Source: an uncultured Candidatus Saccharibacteria bacterium (GTDB taxonomy: Bacteria; Patescibacteriota; Minisyncoccia; 2-02-FULL-40-12; GWA2-44-9). From it: a stretch of DNA of 64,000 nucleotides. Under the pieces are notes generated by a model. It made no database searches. It was not told the DNA's origin and was given only the letters and a program-made list of their open reading frames with translations. Made by a program: the position numbers and the translations under genes. Position 1 is the first letter of the stretch; every line of letters begins with the position of its first letter. The DNA lies in assembly GCA_964513645.1 (NCBI GenBank), contig CAZENF010000002.1:8090-72089 (forward strand). Direction: 5' to 3'. This document shows, one piece after another, positions 37,440 through 47,970 of the stretch.

Positions 37440-37856
37440 CTAAAAGTTGTGCAGGATGAGCTTAGAGATCTTTATTTTCCCTCTCTCAAGAACTTCCAAC
37501 CCTTCACCTGAACGGTAATTCGAAAAATAACAGACTTGAGACGCACCGGAATTAACGATCATCTTAGCACACATTTTACAAGGTGAACGGGTCACAAAAA
37601 TAACCTTGTCAGGATCATAGGTAGAGCATTTTATTAAAGCATTCAATTCGGCATGGATACAGCCGCATTTGCCTGGCTCCGAAGAATCACAAGCATTTGA
37701 AAAACCACGGGCATTGCCATTATAGCCGTATGAGTAAACTCTCTGAAAGTCACTCGAGGTAATTATACAACCGACCTTCAACCTCTCACAGGTACTCCTG
37801 GAGGATAAAAGCAGGGCAAATTTCATTAAAACTGATTCGATAGATTCCCTTTCCAT
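37440..37856 (-). CDS. dCMP/cytidine deaminase family zinc enzyme
   Basis: Zinc-binding motifs HAELNAL and PCKMCA. Confidence 0.75.
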   Translation of the reverse strand: MERESIESVLMKFALLLSSRSTCERLKVGCIITSSDFQRVYSYGYNGNARGFSNACDSSEPGKCGCIHAELNALIKCSTYDPDKVIFVTRSPCKMCAKMIVNSGASQVCYFSNYRSGEGLEVLERGKIKISKLILHNF

Positions 37857-37919
37857 AATCTAATCCTGGCCTGAATCATTAAAAAAGTCAAAAACGGCTT
37901 ATGGTCACTTTTAAAGGTA

Positions 37920-37947
37920 TTTACAAAATATAAGTTTATGTTACAAT
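37920..37947 (+). promoter_or_regulatory. Sigma70-like promoter TTTACA, 16-bp spacer, TACAAT
   Basis: Direct reading. A GGAGAG ribosome-binding site lies 6 nt before ATG 37976. Confidence 0.5.
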
Positions 37948-37975
37948 GTCATAGTGACACTTGGGAGAGATTTTC

Positions 37976-38152
37976 ATGAACTACGTTGTTATTCGCCCAA
38001 ATGGATCCGAGCAAAAAAAGATTTGGTGGCCTATAGCCGTTTTTCCAACTTTAGCAGAGGTAATCGAAATCGCCCAGAAAGAATTCCCGGGAACCCCTCT
38101 CGACAAGCTGAGAATTACTGAAGCCGTAACTCTCGAACAAAAGTCGCTATAA
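37976..38152 (+). CDS. Hypothetical small protein (58 aa)
   Basis: A good promoter and ribosome-binding site, with a terminator-like hairpin at 38170-38198. Confidence 0.4.
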   Translation: MNYVVIRPNGSEQKKIWWPIAVFPTLAEVIEIAQKEFPGTPLDKLRITEAVTLEQKSL

Positions 38153-38193
38153 CCACAACTGACACTACAAGCACGGTATAAAACTGTGCTTTT

Positions 38194-38238
38194 TTATTTA
38201 ACTTCAACCCCCATTGAGCGAGCAGTACCTTCGACGAA
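38194..38238. repeat. Duplicated copy of the rplK 3' end (last 13 codons plus stop)
   Basis: The 28-bp core cccattgagcgagcagtaccttcgacga is identical at 38211-38238 and 38820-38847. The minus strand encodes [13 protein letters not shown], against the rplK end [14 protein letters not shown]. Confidence 0.7.
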
Positions 38239-38359
38239 AACCCAAGAAAACTACAAAAACACTGTTTTCTGTCTTTGTATAATATTGCCGTGGATTAAAA
38301 TAAGGTCAACAAAAAAGTGCGAGATTATCGCACTAATAATTATTTCCAAACTTTATAAA

Positions 38360-38707
38360 TTACCAAGCTCCACCTTCACAAAAAGTGTCTTCATATCTGT
38401 GATAACCGCCTTTACTATTTTGCGTTTTTATTTTTTTAAGTTCTTCTATCTTATCTGGGGTTAATCCACTATTTAGAATGATTTTTAAACTATTCCTACT
38501 AATGTCAAAGACGGATCGATCTATGCACATTTTTTGACCAAAATATGAAAGACCGTGTCTATCAAAATTATAACTGTATCCGTCCGGCCAAGGAATCACG
38601 ACAATAACTCCTGGGATGAGAATTTGTTTAACTTTTCGCTTGAAATAACATGCAGTTTCACCATCAGGGTGTACAATATAAAATGTAGCCCTGATTTTAC
38701 CAAACAT
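38360..38707 (-). CDS. Hypothetical protein of 115 aa carried on an insert between the rplK 3'-end duplicates
   Basis: It has its own promoter-like TTTGTTAGTATATAG, an AAGGAGA ribosome-binding site 7 nt from the ATG, and a downstream hairpin gtgcga-taatc-tcgcac with a T-run. The sequence (MFGKIRATFYIVHPDGETACYF...) is unrecognised. Confidence 0.45.
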   Translation of the reverse strand: MFGKIRATFYIVHPDGETACYFKRKVKQILIPGVIVVIPWPDGYSYNFDRHGLSYFGQKMCIDRSVFDISRNSLKIILNSGLTPDKIEELKKIKTQNSKGGYHRYEDTFCEGGAW

Positions 38708-38801
38708 GCCACTTCTCCTTGTTAATGAACGTGTTCTATATACTAACAAAGCATTTGACTAAATGTCAAGTGCTTTGTGTTTGAGATTATTTATCTTACT
38801 T

Positions 38802-39221
38802 TTACTTCACCTCAATCCCCATTGAGCGAGCAGTACCTTCGACGATCTTCATCGCCGCATCGACATCATTCGCATTCAAATCATTCATTTTCTTTTCGGC
38901 TATTTCTTTGACCTGGGCCTTAGTAACTTTGCCGACTTTGTCCTTATTAGGCGTTCCGGAACCCTTGTCTATTCCGGCGGCCTTGCGGAGCAAGAATGCG
39001 GCCGGAGGAGTTTTAAGTTTGAACTCAAAAGTCCTGTCTTCATAGATAGTTATTTCCACCGGCATGACTTCGCCGATATTGTTCTTGGTCGCCTCATTCA
39101 CCTGTTGCATGAACTGCTGAAGGTTTATTCCTTGAGGACCCAAAGCCTGACCGATCTTAGCCGGTTCAAGCGCTCCGCCGGTTACTTGAATTTTTACTTG
39201 TGTTTTTATTTTTTTTGCCAT
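38802..39221 (-). CDS. rplK: 50S ribosomal protein uL11
   Basis: [37 protein letters not shown]. Confidence 0.92.
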   Translation of the reverse strand: MAKKIKTQVKIQVTGGALEPAKIGQALGPQGINLQQFMQQVNEATKNNIGEVMPVEITIYEDRTFEFKLKTPPAAFLLRKAAGIDKGSGTPNKDKVGKVTKAQVKEIAEKKMNDLNANDVDAAMKIVEGTARSMGIEVK

Positions 39222-39305
39222 TTTTGTCTATAAGCGTAGCGAATAGCTACAAAAATGAGCACCTCGCCGAAGCCATAGCGAAGGCGGGTAGCCCAAATAT
39301 TATCT

Positions 39306-39851
39306 CTATAGTTTTTTGATCTGCAAGAAATCCAGTTCAACCGGTGTTTCCCGGCCGAATATCGTCACCAATACCTTAACCCTTCCCCGTTCCATGTCAA
39401 TCTCGGAAACTTTGCCATCGAAATCCTTGAACGGGCCGTCGTTGATCTTAACCCTGTCTCCAACCTGAACATCTATCTTGTATTTAGGTTCTTCCACGCC
39501 CATCCTCTTCATCAAGCCGTCAACTTCGGTTGAGGCCAAAGGAGTAGGGATGGTTCCAGCGCCGATAAAACCTGTGACGTTAGGAGTATTTCTGACGACA
39601 TACCAAGATGCATCGTCGACTATCATTTCAACCAGAACATATCCGGGGTATATCTTCTCTTCTATGATCTCCCTTTTGCCACCTTTTATCTTTATCTTTT
39701 TCTCTTTGGGAACGATGACACTGAAGATGCGGTCCTCAAAACCAAGTGAATCAACACGCTGTTTAAGGTTCCTGGCAACGGTATCCTCGTACCCAGAATA
39801 GGTATGGATGGCGTACCAATGGCGTTCTCCGGTTGCAACTTGTTTAGGCAT
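39306..39851 (-). CDS. nusG: Transcription termination/antitermination factor NusG
   Basis: An NGN domain and the KOW motif GDRVKINDGPFKDFDGKV. Confidence 0.9.
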   Translation of the reverse strand: MPKQVATGERHWYAIHTYSGYEDTVARNLKQRVDSLGFEDRIFSVIVPKEKKIKIKGGKREIIEEKIYPGYVLVEMIVDDASWYVVRNTPNVTGFIGAGTIPTPLASTEVDGLMKRMGVEEPKYKIDVQVGDRVKINDGPFKDFDGKVSEIDMERGRVKVLVTIFGRETPVELDFLQIKKL

Positions 39852-39852
39852 G

Positions 39853-40041
39853 CTATTGTTTCAAAATTAATTTATTCAAAGCAAGCTGAAGAAGATAATC
39901 TACTCCGCCCAAAAACAGAGCCACAAAAAGACTTAAACCTATGACAACAAATGTATATTGTACGGTCTGTTCCCTGGTCGGCCAGGTAACCTTTGAAAGC
40001 TCGATTCTGACGTCTTTTAAGAATTCGACTAATTTATTCAT
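39853..40041 (-). CDS. secE: Preprotein translocase subunit SecE
   Basis: A 62-aa single-transmembrane protein in the conserved secE-nusG-rplK order. Confidence 0.75.
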   Translation of the reverse strand: MNKLVEFLKDVRIELSKVTWPTREQTVQYTFVVIGLSLFVALFLGGVDYLLQLALNKLILKQ

Positions 40042-40049
40042 AATTTTTC

Positions 40050-40074
40050 GATTTTAAAACGCCCCTCGGCGTAT
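40050..40074 (-). terminator. Rho-independent terminator downstream of gyrB
   Basis: On the minus strand, acgcc-gaggg-gcgt followed by tttaaaa. Confidence 0.5.
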
Positions 40075-40116
40075 TAACCTACATAATACTCCCCTTGAAT
40101 TAATAAGTCAATTGTA

Positions 40117-42261
<2,145 letters not shown>

Positions 42262-42431
42262 TTATTTCAAACGATTATCCCGCGTTCTGGAGAGGTTTTT
42301 GGCCCTGCATTACTTGGCCAATATCTCCACGGCGGGATAATACTTTATAACTAAATTCTATCATTTTTACATCTAAAAATCAACCCCAAAATGTGGCTAA
42401 TTTTCCAACAAAAAACGCCCGTTTAAAGGCG

Positions 42432-42713
42432 CTATTTGAACATTAAATGGAAGTTAAATACCAAGGTTCCAACAATAATACCAATTACATAATAGACCAA
42501 TGAACCGGCAATAAACACACCCGACAGACTACCTTCACCCACATTCAATATAATCCACCATATTAGGGCTGCTCCGACTATAAAGACAAATAAACCAAAG
42601 AATGTCAGATAAGCGGCGGTGAATATCCCGGCAAGTATCAAAAGGATGGCCAAGAGAGCTAATAATGGCCTGCCTTCGTTGTGCTCGAGAAGTTGTTCAA
42701 GAAATTCTTCCAA
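42432..42713 (-). CDS. Hypothetical small membrane protein
   Basis: Two to three hydrophobic helices. Confidence 0.4.
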   Translation of the reverse strand: MEEFLEQLLEHNEGRPLLALLAILLILAGIFTAAYLTFFGLFVFIVGAALIWWIILNVGEGSLSGVFIAGSLVYYVIGIIVGTLVFNFHLMFK

Positions 42714-42785
42714 AATTTACTCCGATCTCAAAAAGCTGTTGAAGAATATACTAAAATATTTACCGGATGTCAAGCTATGGGTAAA

Positions 42786-42810
42786 TTAAAAATGCCCGTA
42801 TTGGGCATTT
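42786..42810 (-). terminator. Rho-independent terminator
   Basis: On the minus strand, aatgccc-aatac-gggcatt followed by ttttaa. Confidence 0.6.
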
Positions 42811-42813
42811 GAT

Positions 42814-43164
42814 TCAGTTACTCTTCCTGTCTTTGGGATACAATATCGTCTCTCCTTTCAGAGCCCATCCCCCTTCGAGAGAATTATGGTCAATATCGAC
42901 CTCATAGTGTGTTTGGTCATTCTCAAAGATAAAACGGTGAGATATCTCATTTTTCTCCGAATCTTCAAACGAACTTTTTTGGATAAGATCTTTAAGTTCG
43001 AGGGTCCGGCCTTCTATGTTCTCCACAAAAACCAGAGGGATTTTTGCTCCACCGCAGACAATCACATCGTTTCCGGTAACGATAGGTTCCTGGCGTAAAA
43101 ATAATGTCATTTTCTTTTCGTAAAATATCATCCTGGCCGATTCAATGATCATTATCGGTACCAA
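42814..43164 (-). CDS. Hypothetical protein
   Basis: A 116-aa ORF upstream of pheS with no recognised motif. Confidence 0.4.
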   Translation of the reverse strand: MVPIMIIESARMIFYEKKMTLFLRQEPIVTGNDVIVCGGAKIPLVFVENIEGRTLELKDLIQKSSFEDSEKNEISHRFIFENDQTHYEVDIDHNSLEGGWALKGETILYPKDRKSN

Positions 43165-43210
43165 TTTTCAAGTTACTCCGTAATCATATTCCCAATAACG
43201 GAGGCAGCTG

Positions 43211-44377
43211 TCAACGCAATTCAGCTTTGAATTGCAGAGCAGTTTCGTCGTAGATTTTTTTCTGGACAGGTTCGATTTCTTCCGTAGTCAGAGTTCTTTC
43301 GGGAGAACGGTAAACTATCCGGTATGTGTAGCTCATCTTATCCGGGCCGAATTTTTTGGCATTTTCATATTTATCCAAAAGCTCTACCTGCTCAATCAGC
43401 TCCCCCCCCAGATCACGGATAAGATCAAAATAGTTGTTGGGTATGAAATCTTTATTTACCACAAAAGAAATATCTCTCGTTATCGGCGGATATTTGGAAA
43501 CTTCTTTGAATTTATTTCCCAGTTTAAGTTGTTTTATGACCCGTGGATCTTTGGACCAGAGCAAACGTATGTCCGGAAGCTCCATTGAAGCGATGGCCAG
43601 ACGCTCGAGACCAAAACCGAAAGCCCAGCCGTTATAGCCCTTGAGTCCCATATTCTCTAAAACAGATTTACGGACCAGGCCTGAACCGAGCATTTCTATC
43701 CATTGACCATTGATCTCCGCTTCCATTTCGAAACTCGGATCGGTGTAAGGAAAATTGTGATCATAGAACCTGAAATTAGCTTTAAAAACGTTGGTCGCGA
43801 TATCAGATAAAGCATTTTTAAGATCGGCAGCGGTTATTATTTTTTTCTCATCCGGCGCTATTAGCCAAGCTCCGAACTGATGAAAAACATTCATATGCCG
43901 GCGATCGATCTCGTCCTTACGATAAACTTTACCGTAACAGATCGCGCCTAAAGTTTCCTTGTTCTCGATTCTTTTTTTAATTTCCGGATGGTTCAGATAA
44001 TAGTACCAGAACACTGTGTCGTGTGTTCTTAAAACATGAGTATCGTCAAGATAATAAGTATCGGACTTAGATCGGGCCGGATGCTCCGGTGGCATATTAA
44101 AAAGGTCGAACAAGATATTGGTCGGCACTATTTCCGGTACCTGAATGACATCAAATCCTTTAAGGCTTTTTACGCTCGAAGCTCGAAAGACTATTTCCTT
44201 AAGAGGGCTGCCCTCGGTCCGAGACAAATCCGGCATGGTCAAAAAACGTTTTATTCTCTCGGAGTCAGGGTCGGTTTTTTTATTTAAAACCTTGAGAAGC
44301 TCCTCAGAATCTTTATCCATTTTTACCTCGAGATATTTCATAGATAATTTTTTATCACATATCCCTCTCTGAATCAA
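43211..44377 (-). CDS. pheS: Phenylalanyl-tRNA synthetase alpha subunit
   Basis: A class II core with FYDHNFPYTDPSFEMEAEINGQWIEMLGSG. An alternative start at 44341 (MKYLEV) would avoid the overlap with the upstream gene. Confidence 0.9.
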   Translation of the reverse strand: MIQRGICDKKLSMKYLEVKMDKDSEELLKVLNKKTDPDSERIKRFLTMPDLSRTEGSPLKEIVFRASSVKSLKGFDVIQVPEIVPTNILFDLFNMPPEHPARSKSDTYYLDDTHVLRTHDTVFWYYYLNHPEIKKRIENKETLGAICYGKVYRKDEIDRRHMNVFHQFGAWLIAPDEKKIITAADLKNALSDIATNVFKANFRFYDHNFPYTDPSFEMEAEINGQWIEMLGSGLVRKSVLENMGLKGYNGWAFGFGLERLAIASMELPDIRLLWSKDPRVIKQLKLGNKFKEVSKYPPITRDISFVVNKDFIPNNYFDLIRDLGGELIEQVELLDKYENAKKFGPDKMSYTYRIVYRSPERTLTTEEIEPVQKKIYDETALQFKAELR

Positions 44378-44732
44378 CGGAGATTTTTGAATACATATAG
44401 ATCCAAAATTCAGCCAGCATGGTCAGAATTATCGCCGCAAAACCTGTATACCAATGAAGGATTCCGTATTTTTTAAAAAAAACAATTATCAAAGCCAGGA
44501 GCGCGACAAAAAATCCTCTTCTCAATGCATCCGAGGTCCGGTCATGAGAAAAAAGATTGAGGATGAAAAAAACTATCGCTCCACAGCCCCATAAAAAAGC
44601 AGATAACGAGGCAAAGAAAAGTAGCTTAACTGTTCCAGTTGCAGTGAACGGGTCAAAAGTGACCGAAACTATCCCAAGACTTATTGCCGCCAAGGCAGTC
44701 AAGGGAATTAATCCAAAGAACAGCTTATTCAT
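44355..44732 (-). CDS. Hypothetical polytopic membrane protein
   Basis: Four hydrophobic helices. Confidence 0.4.
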   Translation of the reverse strand: MNKLFFGLIPLTALAAISLGIVSVTFDPFTATGTVKLLFFASLSAFLWGCGAIVFFILNLFSHDRTSDALRRGFFVALLALIIVFFKKYGILHWYTGFAAIILTMLAEFWIYMYSKISVDSERDM

Positions 44733-45229
44733 GTCCTGTGTTGTAATTCATATATCATCAATTTTATCTTGTTCGGGTCAGGCATATCCCGGATAATGAA
44801 CTCTTCATCCGTTCCTGCTGACTGGATCTGGATAGAACCGAAGTTCAAGACAGTTCTGATGATGCCGTTAATCGTAATGGTTATATCCTGGACCTTATCG
44901 ATGCTCAAGGTCGAGACCTCTCTCCTAAAAAAACCATTTTGTTTGATATCGATTATCCTTCTGTCGGTAATGACCAGAACATCCAGATAGTAATTGGTCC
45001 AAACGGAAAAGAACATCATCCAGGCGATAAGAAGTATCAGCGAATAAACGCCACTAAACAGGGCGGTATTATTGCCAGGTATATTTACTTCCATCTTAAG
45101 AATGGCAAAGAGAAGCGGAGGTAGAATAACGAAAAAAATAAGAAAAAGACTGTGAAAAACCAGGCTAAGTTTGTAACGCCTGACTTTTAAATATACCTTT
45201 TCCGCCGGTTCGAGGTCGAGCATTGTCAT
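44729..45229 (-). CDS. Membrane-flanked bacterial PH domain protein (YdbS/YdbT-like, bPH_2)
   Basis: Two N-terminal transmembrane helices and the VITDRRIIDIKQNGFFRREVSTLSIDKVQDI motif. Confidence 0.55.
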   Translation of the reverse strand: MTMLDLEPAEKVYLKVRRYKLSLVFHSLFLIFFVILPPLLFAILKMEVNIPGNNTALFSGVYSLILLIAWMMFFSVWTNYYLDVLVITDRRIIDIKQNGFFRREVSTLSIDKVQDITITINGIIRTVLNFGSIQIQSAGTDEEFIIRDMPDPNKIKLMIYELQHRT

Positions 45230-45250
45230 CGAGGGGCCACAATCATTTCA

Positions 45251-45377
45251 GATGAATCCTAATAAAGAAGTCCCTGTCGGATTAGCTTCCGAGAGATTTG
45301 CTTCTTTATTAGGATTCATCGATAACAGATTATCGGCCGATCGCTTTAGCGGTCGTAGCCGATAGATTATCTGTTAG
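45251..45377. repeat. Two tandem long hairpins
   Basis: Hairpin 1: a 20-bp perfect IR gatgaatcctaataaagaag (45251-70) against 45301-20, with a 30-nt loop. Hairpin 2: gataacagattatcggc against gccgatagattatctgtta, with an inner cgatcgc-ttta-gcggtcg hairpin. Confidence 0.6.
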
Positions 45378-45395
45378 AAATGACTGGGGTCGATG

Positions 45396-45683
45396 TTAAA
45401 CCGAATTTAAATAAAAAACCGCTGACATAACCATCATTACCCACAAAACAGCCGAGACACAATAATATATCAGCGAAGCTTTAGCCATTATAAAATCATC
45501 GACACCGAATCTCCGCCAATGATATGAAAATATATAGCTCATTATCCCGAAAAATAAACCAAAAATACCGATAAAAACCCAGGACAACTGGGGTGTTATA
45601 AACGAAAAATAGCCGCTTAAATTAACCGCCGGAATGAACTGGTTATAATTAACCTGTGGTTGGGTTAAAGGAAGCTGGGTCAT
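45396..45683 (-). CDS. Hypothetical small membrane protein
   Basis: Three hydrophobic helices. Confidence 0.35.
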   Translation of the reverse strand: MTQLPLTQPQVNYNQFIPAVNLSGYFSFITPQLSWVFIGIFGLFFGIMSYIFSYHWRRFGVDDFIMAKASLIYYCVSAVLWVMMVMSAVFYLNSV

Positions 45684-45691
45684 ATAAATTG

Positions 45692-45765
45692 CGCGGGCGA
45701 CGGGACTCGAACCCGCGACCTCTGCCGTGACAGGGCAGCGCTCTAACCAATTGAGCTACGCCCGC
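45692..45765 (-). tRNA. tRNA-Asp (anticodon GTC)
   Basis: The minus strand reads gcgggcgtagctcaattggttagagcgctgccctGTCacggcagaggtcgcgggttcgagtcccgtcgcccgcg, a canonical cloverleaf. Confidence 0.85.
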
Positions 45766-45861
45766 CTGCGCCAGCCACGGCTGGCTACGGCGGATAGGCC
45801 CGTAAGACAGCAGAGACTGATTATCCAATATTAACCTTGAAATTCTAACACATTTTCCTTT

Positions 45862-45888
45862 AAATTAAAACCCCGCCTAAGCGGGGCT
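45862..45888 (-). terminator. Rho-independent terminator directly after the guaB stop
   Basis: On the minus strand, ccccgc-ttag-gcgggg followed by ttttaattt. Confidence 0.6.
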
Positions 45889-47353
45889 ATCTGTCCCAAG
45901 ATTCCTTTTTTGAGCTCTCGGACAATTTTTTAAGGAAATACGAGGGAGCTGTCATAAATATCCTTTTGGCATCTTCAAGATTCATGGATCCCATATAGCT
46001 GACCATTGAGGCGAGATGTCCTGCGATATCCCGCAATATCGGAACGGCCGAACCGCGGTATTCTACCTGCTTCTCTATTCCCTCCGGACTTAGCCGGGAG
46101 GTTGTTTCATACGGATCGTCGGCCTCTTCCGCTCTTAACCTTTCATACATAGCTTCCCGCGAAGCCATGCCCCTGAAACTTTTAACTTTATTCCCGCGAG
46201 AATTTCTGAAAACAAGTCCAGGTGTTTCATCAGTCCCGGCAAGCATCCCGCCGAGCATTACCGAATCACCGCCCAGAATAAGAGCCAGGCCGATGTGGCC
46301 GTCCCTTTTTATACCACCGTCGGCACAAACCGGGATATCAGAAACAACCGAACATGAATAGACCGCCTCGGCTTGGGTCACACCGACATTGGTGTTAAAC
46401 CTCGTAGTACAGGCCGAACCGGGACCCAAACCAATTTTTACACCCGCAACTCCCATCTCCTGATATAGCTTAGCGGCCATAGGTAAAACAATATTCCCGA
46501 CGACCAGATCAACCTTATTCCCTGAAAAGGTGTTTAAAAACGCCTCGGCGGCATGTTTACCGACATCAGATTGAAAATTGGCAATATCCATGACTATCAC
46601 ATCGACACCCGATTTGATAAGTTCAGACGACCTTTCAATATAATCACCAGTGGCACCAACAGCCGCTCCGACCATCAACTGACCATTCTCATCCTTGTTC
46701 GCCAGAGGAAATTTCTCGAGATTATCGATATCAACTGAAGCTATAAGGCCCCGTAATGTGAAGTTATCGTCGACTAATGGCAGTTTCTCAATGCGATTAG
46801 CGTCCATAAGATTTCTGGCTAAATTCCGAGATATCTCCGATAACTTGGCGGTTATCAAATTTTCCCCGGCAGTCATTCTGTTTTCAACTACAGTATCGTC
46901 GGGACAATATCTTACATCCCGGCTTGTCAGCATCCCGACGAGCCGCCCGTTCTGGTCAACAACAACCAGACCACCGACTTTGTTTTTGTCCATTATATTC
47001 CTGGCCTCACCTATTGTAGACTTAGGCGAAATACTATAAGGATTCTCGATAATGAAATTTTCTTCTCTTTTAACTTCTTTGACCTTCAAACATTGATCCT
47101 CGATACTTAAGTAACGGTGAATAATGCCAAGACCGCCTTCTTTAGCAACGGCAACGGCCATGCGAGCACCAGTAATGGTGTCCATGTTCGCAGACACAAT
47201 CGGCAGATTTAGCTTAATATTTTTGGAGAAATTCGAAACCAGAGAAATGTCTTTACGGCTCTTGGCAGTGCCCCAACCTGGTTTTATAAGAAAATCGTCA
47301 AAAGTGCACCCGGCCAGAACGTTTGCCAGCCATTGGCGCTCTAAGCTTCTCAT
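45887..47353 (-). CDS. guaB: IMP dehydrogenase with a CBS pair
   Basis: A TIM-barrel core with GGLGIIHRY and the catalytic loop ...GIGPGSICTT-like GLGPGSACTTR. Confidence 0.92.
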   Translation of the reverse strand: MRSLERQWLANVLAGCTFDDFLIKPGWGTAKSRKDISLVSNFSKNIKLNLPIVSANMDTITGARMAVAVAKEGGLGIIHRYLSIEDQCLKVKEVKREENFIIENPYSISPKSTIGEARNIMDKNKVGGLVVVDQNGRLVGMLTSRDVRYCPDDTVVENRMTAGENLITAKLSEISRNLARNLMDANRIEKLPLVDDNFTLRGLIASVDIDNLEKFPLANKDENGQLMVGAAVGATGDYIERSSELIKSGVDVIVMDIANFQSDVGKHAAEAFLNTFSGNKVDLVVGNIVLPMAAKLYQEMGVAGVKIGLGPGSACTTRFNTNVGVTQAEAVYSCSVVSDIPVCADGGIKRDGHIGLALILGGDSVMLGGMLAGTDETPGLVFRNSRGNKVKSFRGMASREAMYERLRAEEADDPYETTSRLSPEGIEKQVEYRGSAVPILRDIAGHLASMVSYMGSMNLEDAKRIFMTAPSYFLKKLSESSKKESWDR

Positions 47354-47392
47354 ATCTTCCCTTTTTAAAGGTACTTAACGGATAATTAATAT

Positions 47393-47421
47393 CAAAAAAA
47401 ACCGCTTTTGGGAAGCGGTTT
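47393..47421 (-). terminator. Rho-independent terminator
   Basis: On the minus strand, aaccgctt-cccaa-aagcggtt followed by tttttttt. Confidence 0.65.
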
Positions 47422-47884
47422 AATCTTTGTCTAACTCCGGGTGCCAGAGAATCTTTTCAATTTTGCGGGTATTATCGTATGTGTAATCATGTTCAACGGG
47501 TACGCCTTCATTGAATGAGCTGTTACTGACGGCCTTATTGTTGCCGATATAAAATCCGATGTGGCTATGTTCTACTCCATCGCCAAAATCTTTTTTTTCC
47601 CAAACAAGAACTGCTCCCGGCTGGAAATTGGTTGTTTCCGACCAACCAGAACTCAAAAGATCCTCAACTGTTCTTTCTACTGTTGCATGGATGTCTGAAA
47701 TGAGCTTGTTAATATACAAGATCGATGACACGAATACGGCGCAGCTTAAGCGGCCGTTATCGAGGATATCTTTCTCAACACCGTCAGATTCAACATACAA
47801 ATTCCGGAACATCATATTCCGCGGTTGAACTGAATTACCTATCATGGTCAGATAGTTTTTCTTTTGAAGTAACCTCAACGGCAT
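47420..47884 (-). CDS. Putative NlpC/P60-like or permuted papain-fold hydrolase
   Basis: A Cys (SCAVFVSS) and a HSHIGFYIGN His motif. The assignment is weak. Confidence 0.35.
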   Translation of the reverse strand: MPLRLLQKKNYLTMIGNSVQPRNMMFRNLYVESDGVEKDILDNGRLSCAVFVSSILYINKLISDIHATVERTVEDLLSSGWSETTNFQPGAVLVWEKKDFGDGVEHSHIGFYIGNNKAVSNSSFNEGVPVEHDYTYDNTRKIEKILWHPELDKD

Positions 47885-47922
47885 GGTTTTTATTTTAAAA
47901 AATCTTTTGTCAGTTTACCAAA

Positions 47923-47960
47923 TAAAACCACCTCTTTGCAATAAGCAAAGAGGTGGTTTT
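47923..47960. terminator. Strong bidirectional terminator with a 16-bp perfect stem
   Basis: aaaaccacctctttgc-aata-gcaaagaggtggtttt. Confidence 0.7.
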
Positions 47961-47970
47961 AATATTTACT

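Noticed and set aside
38186-38464. 92-aa plus-strand ORF in the rplK insert
   Set aside because: It starts within the duplicated rplK remnant, has no ribosome-binding site, and overlaps the better-supported minus-strand ORF and its terminator. It is probably spurious.
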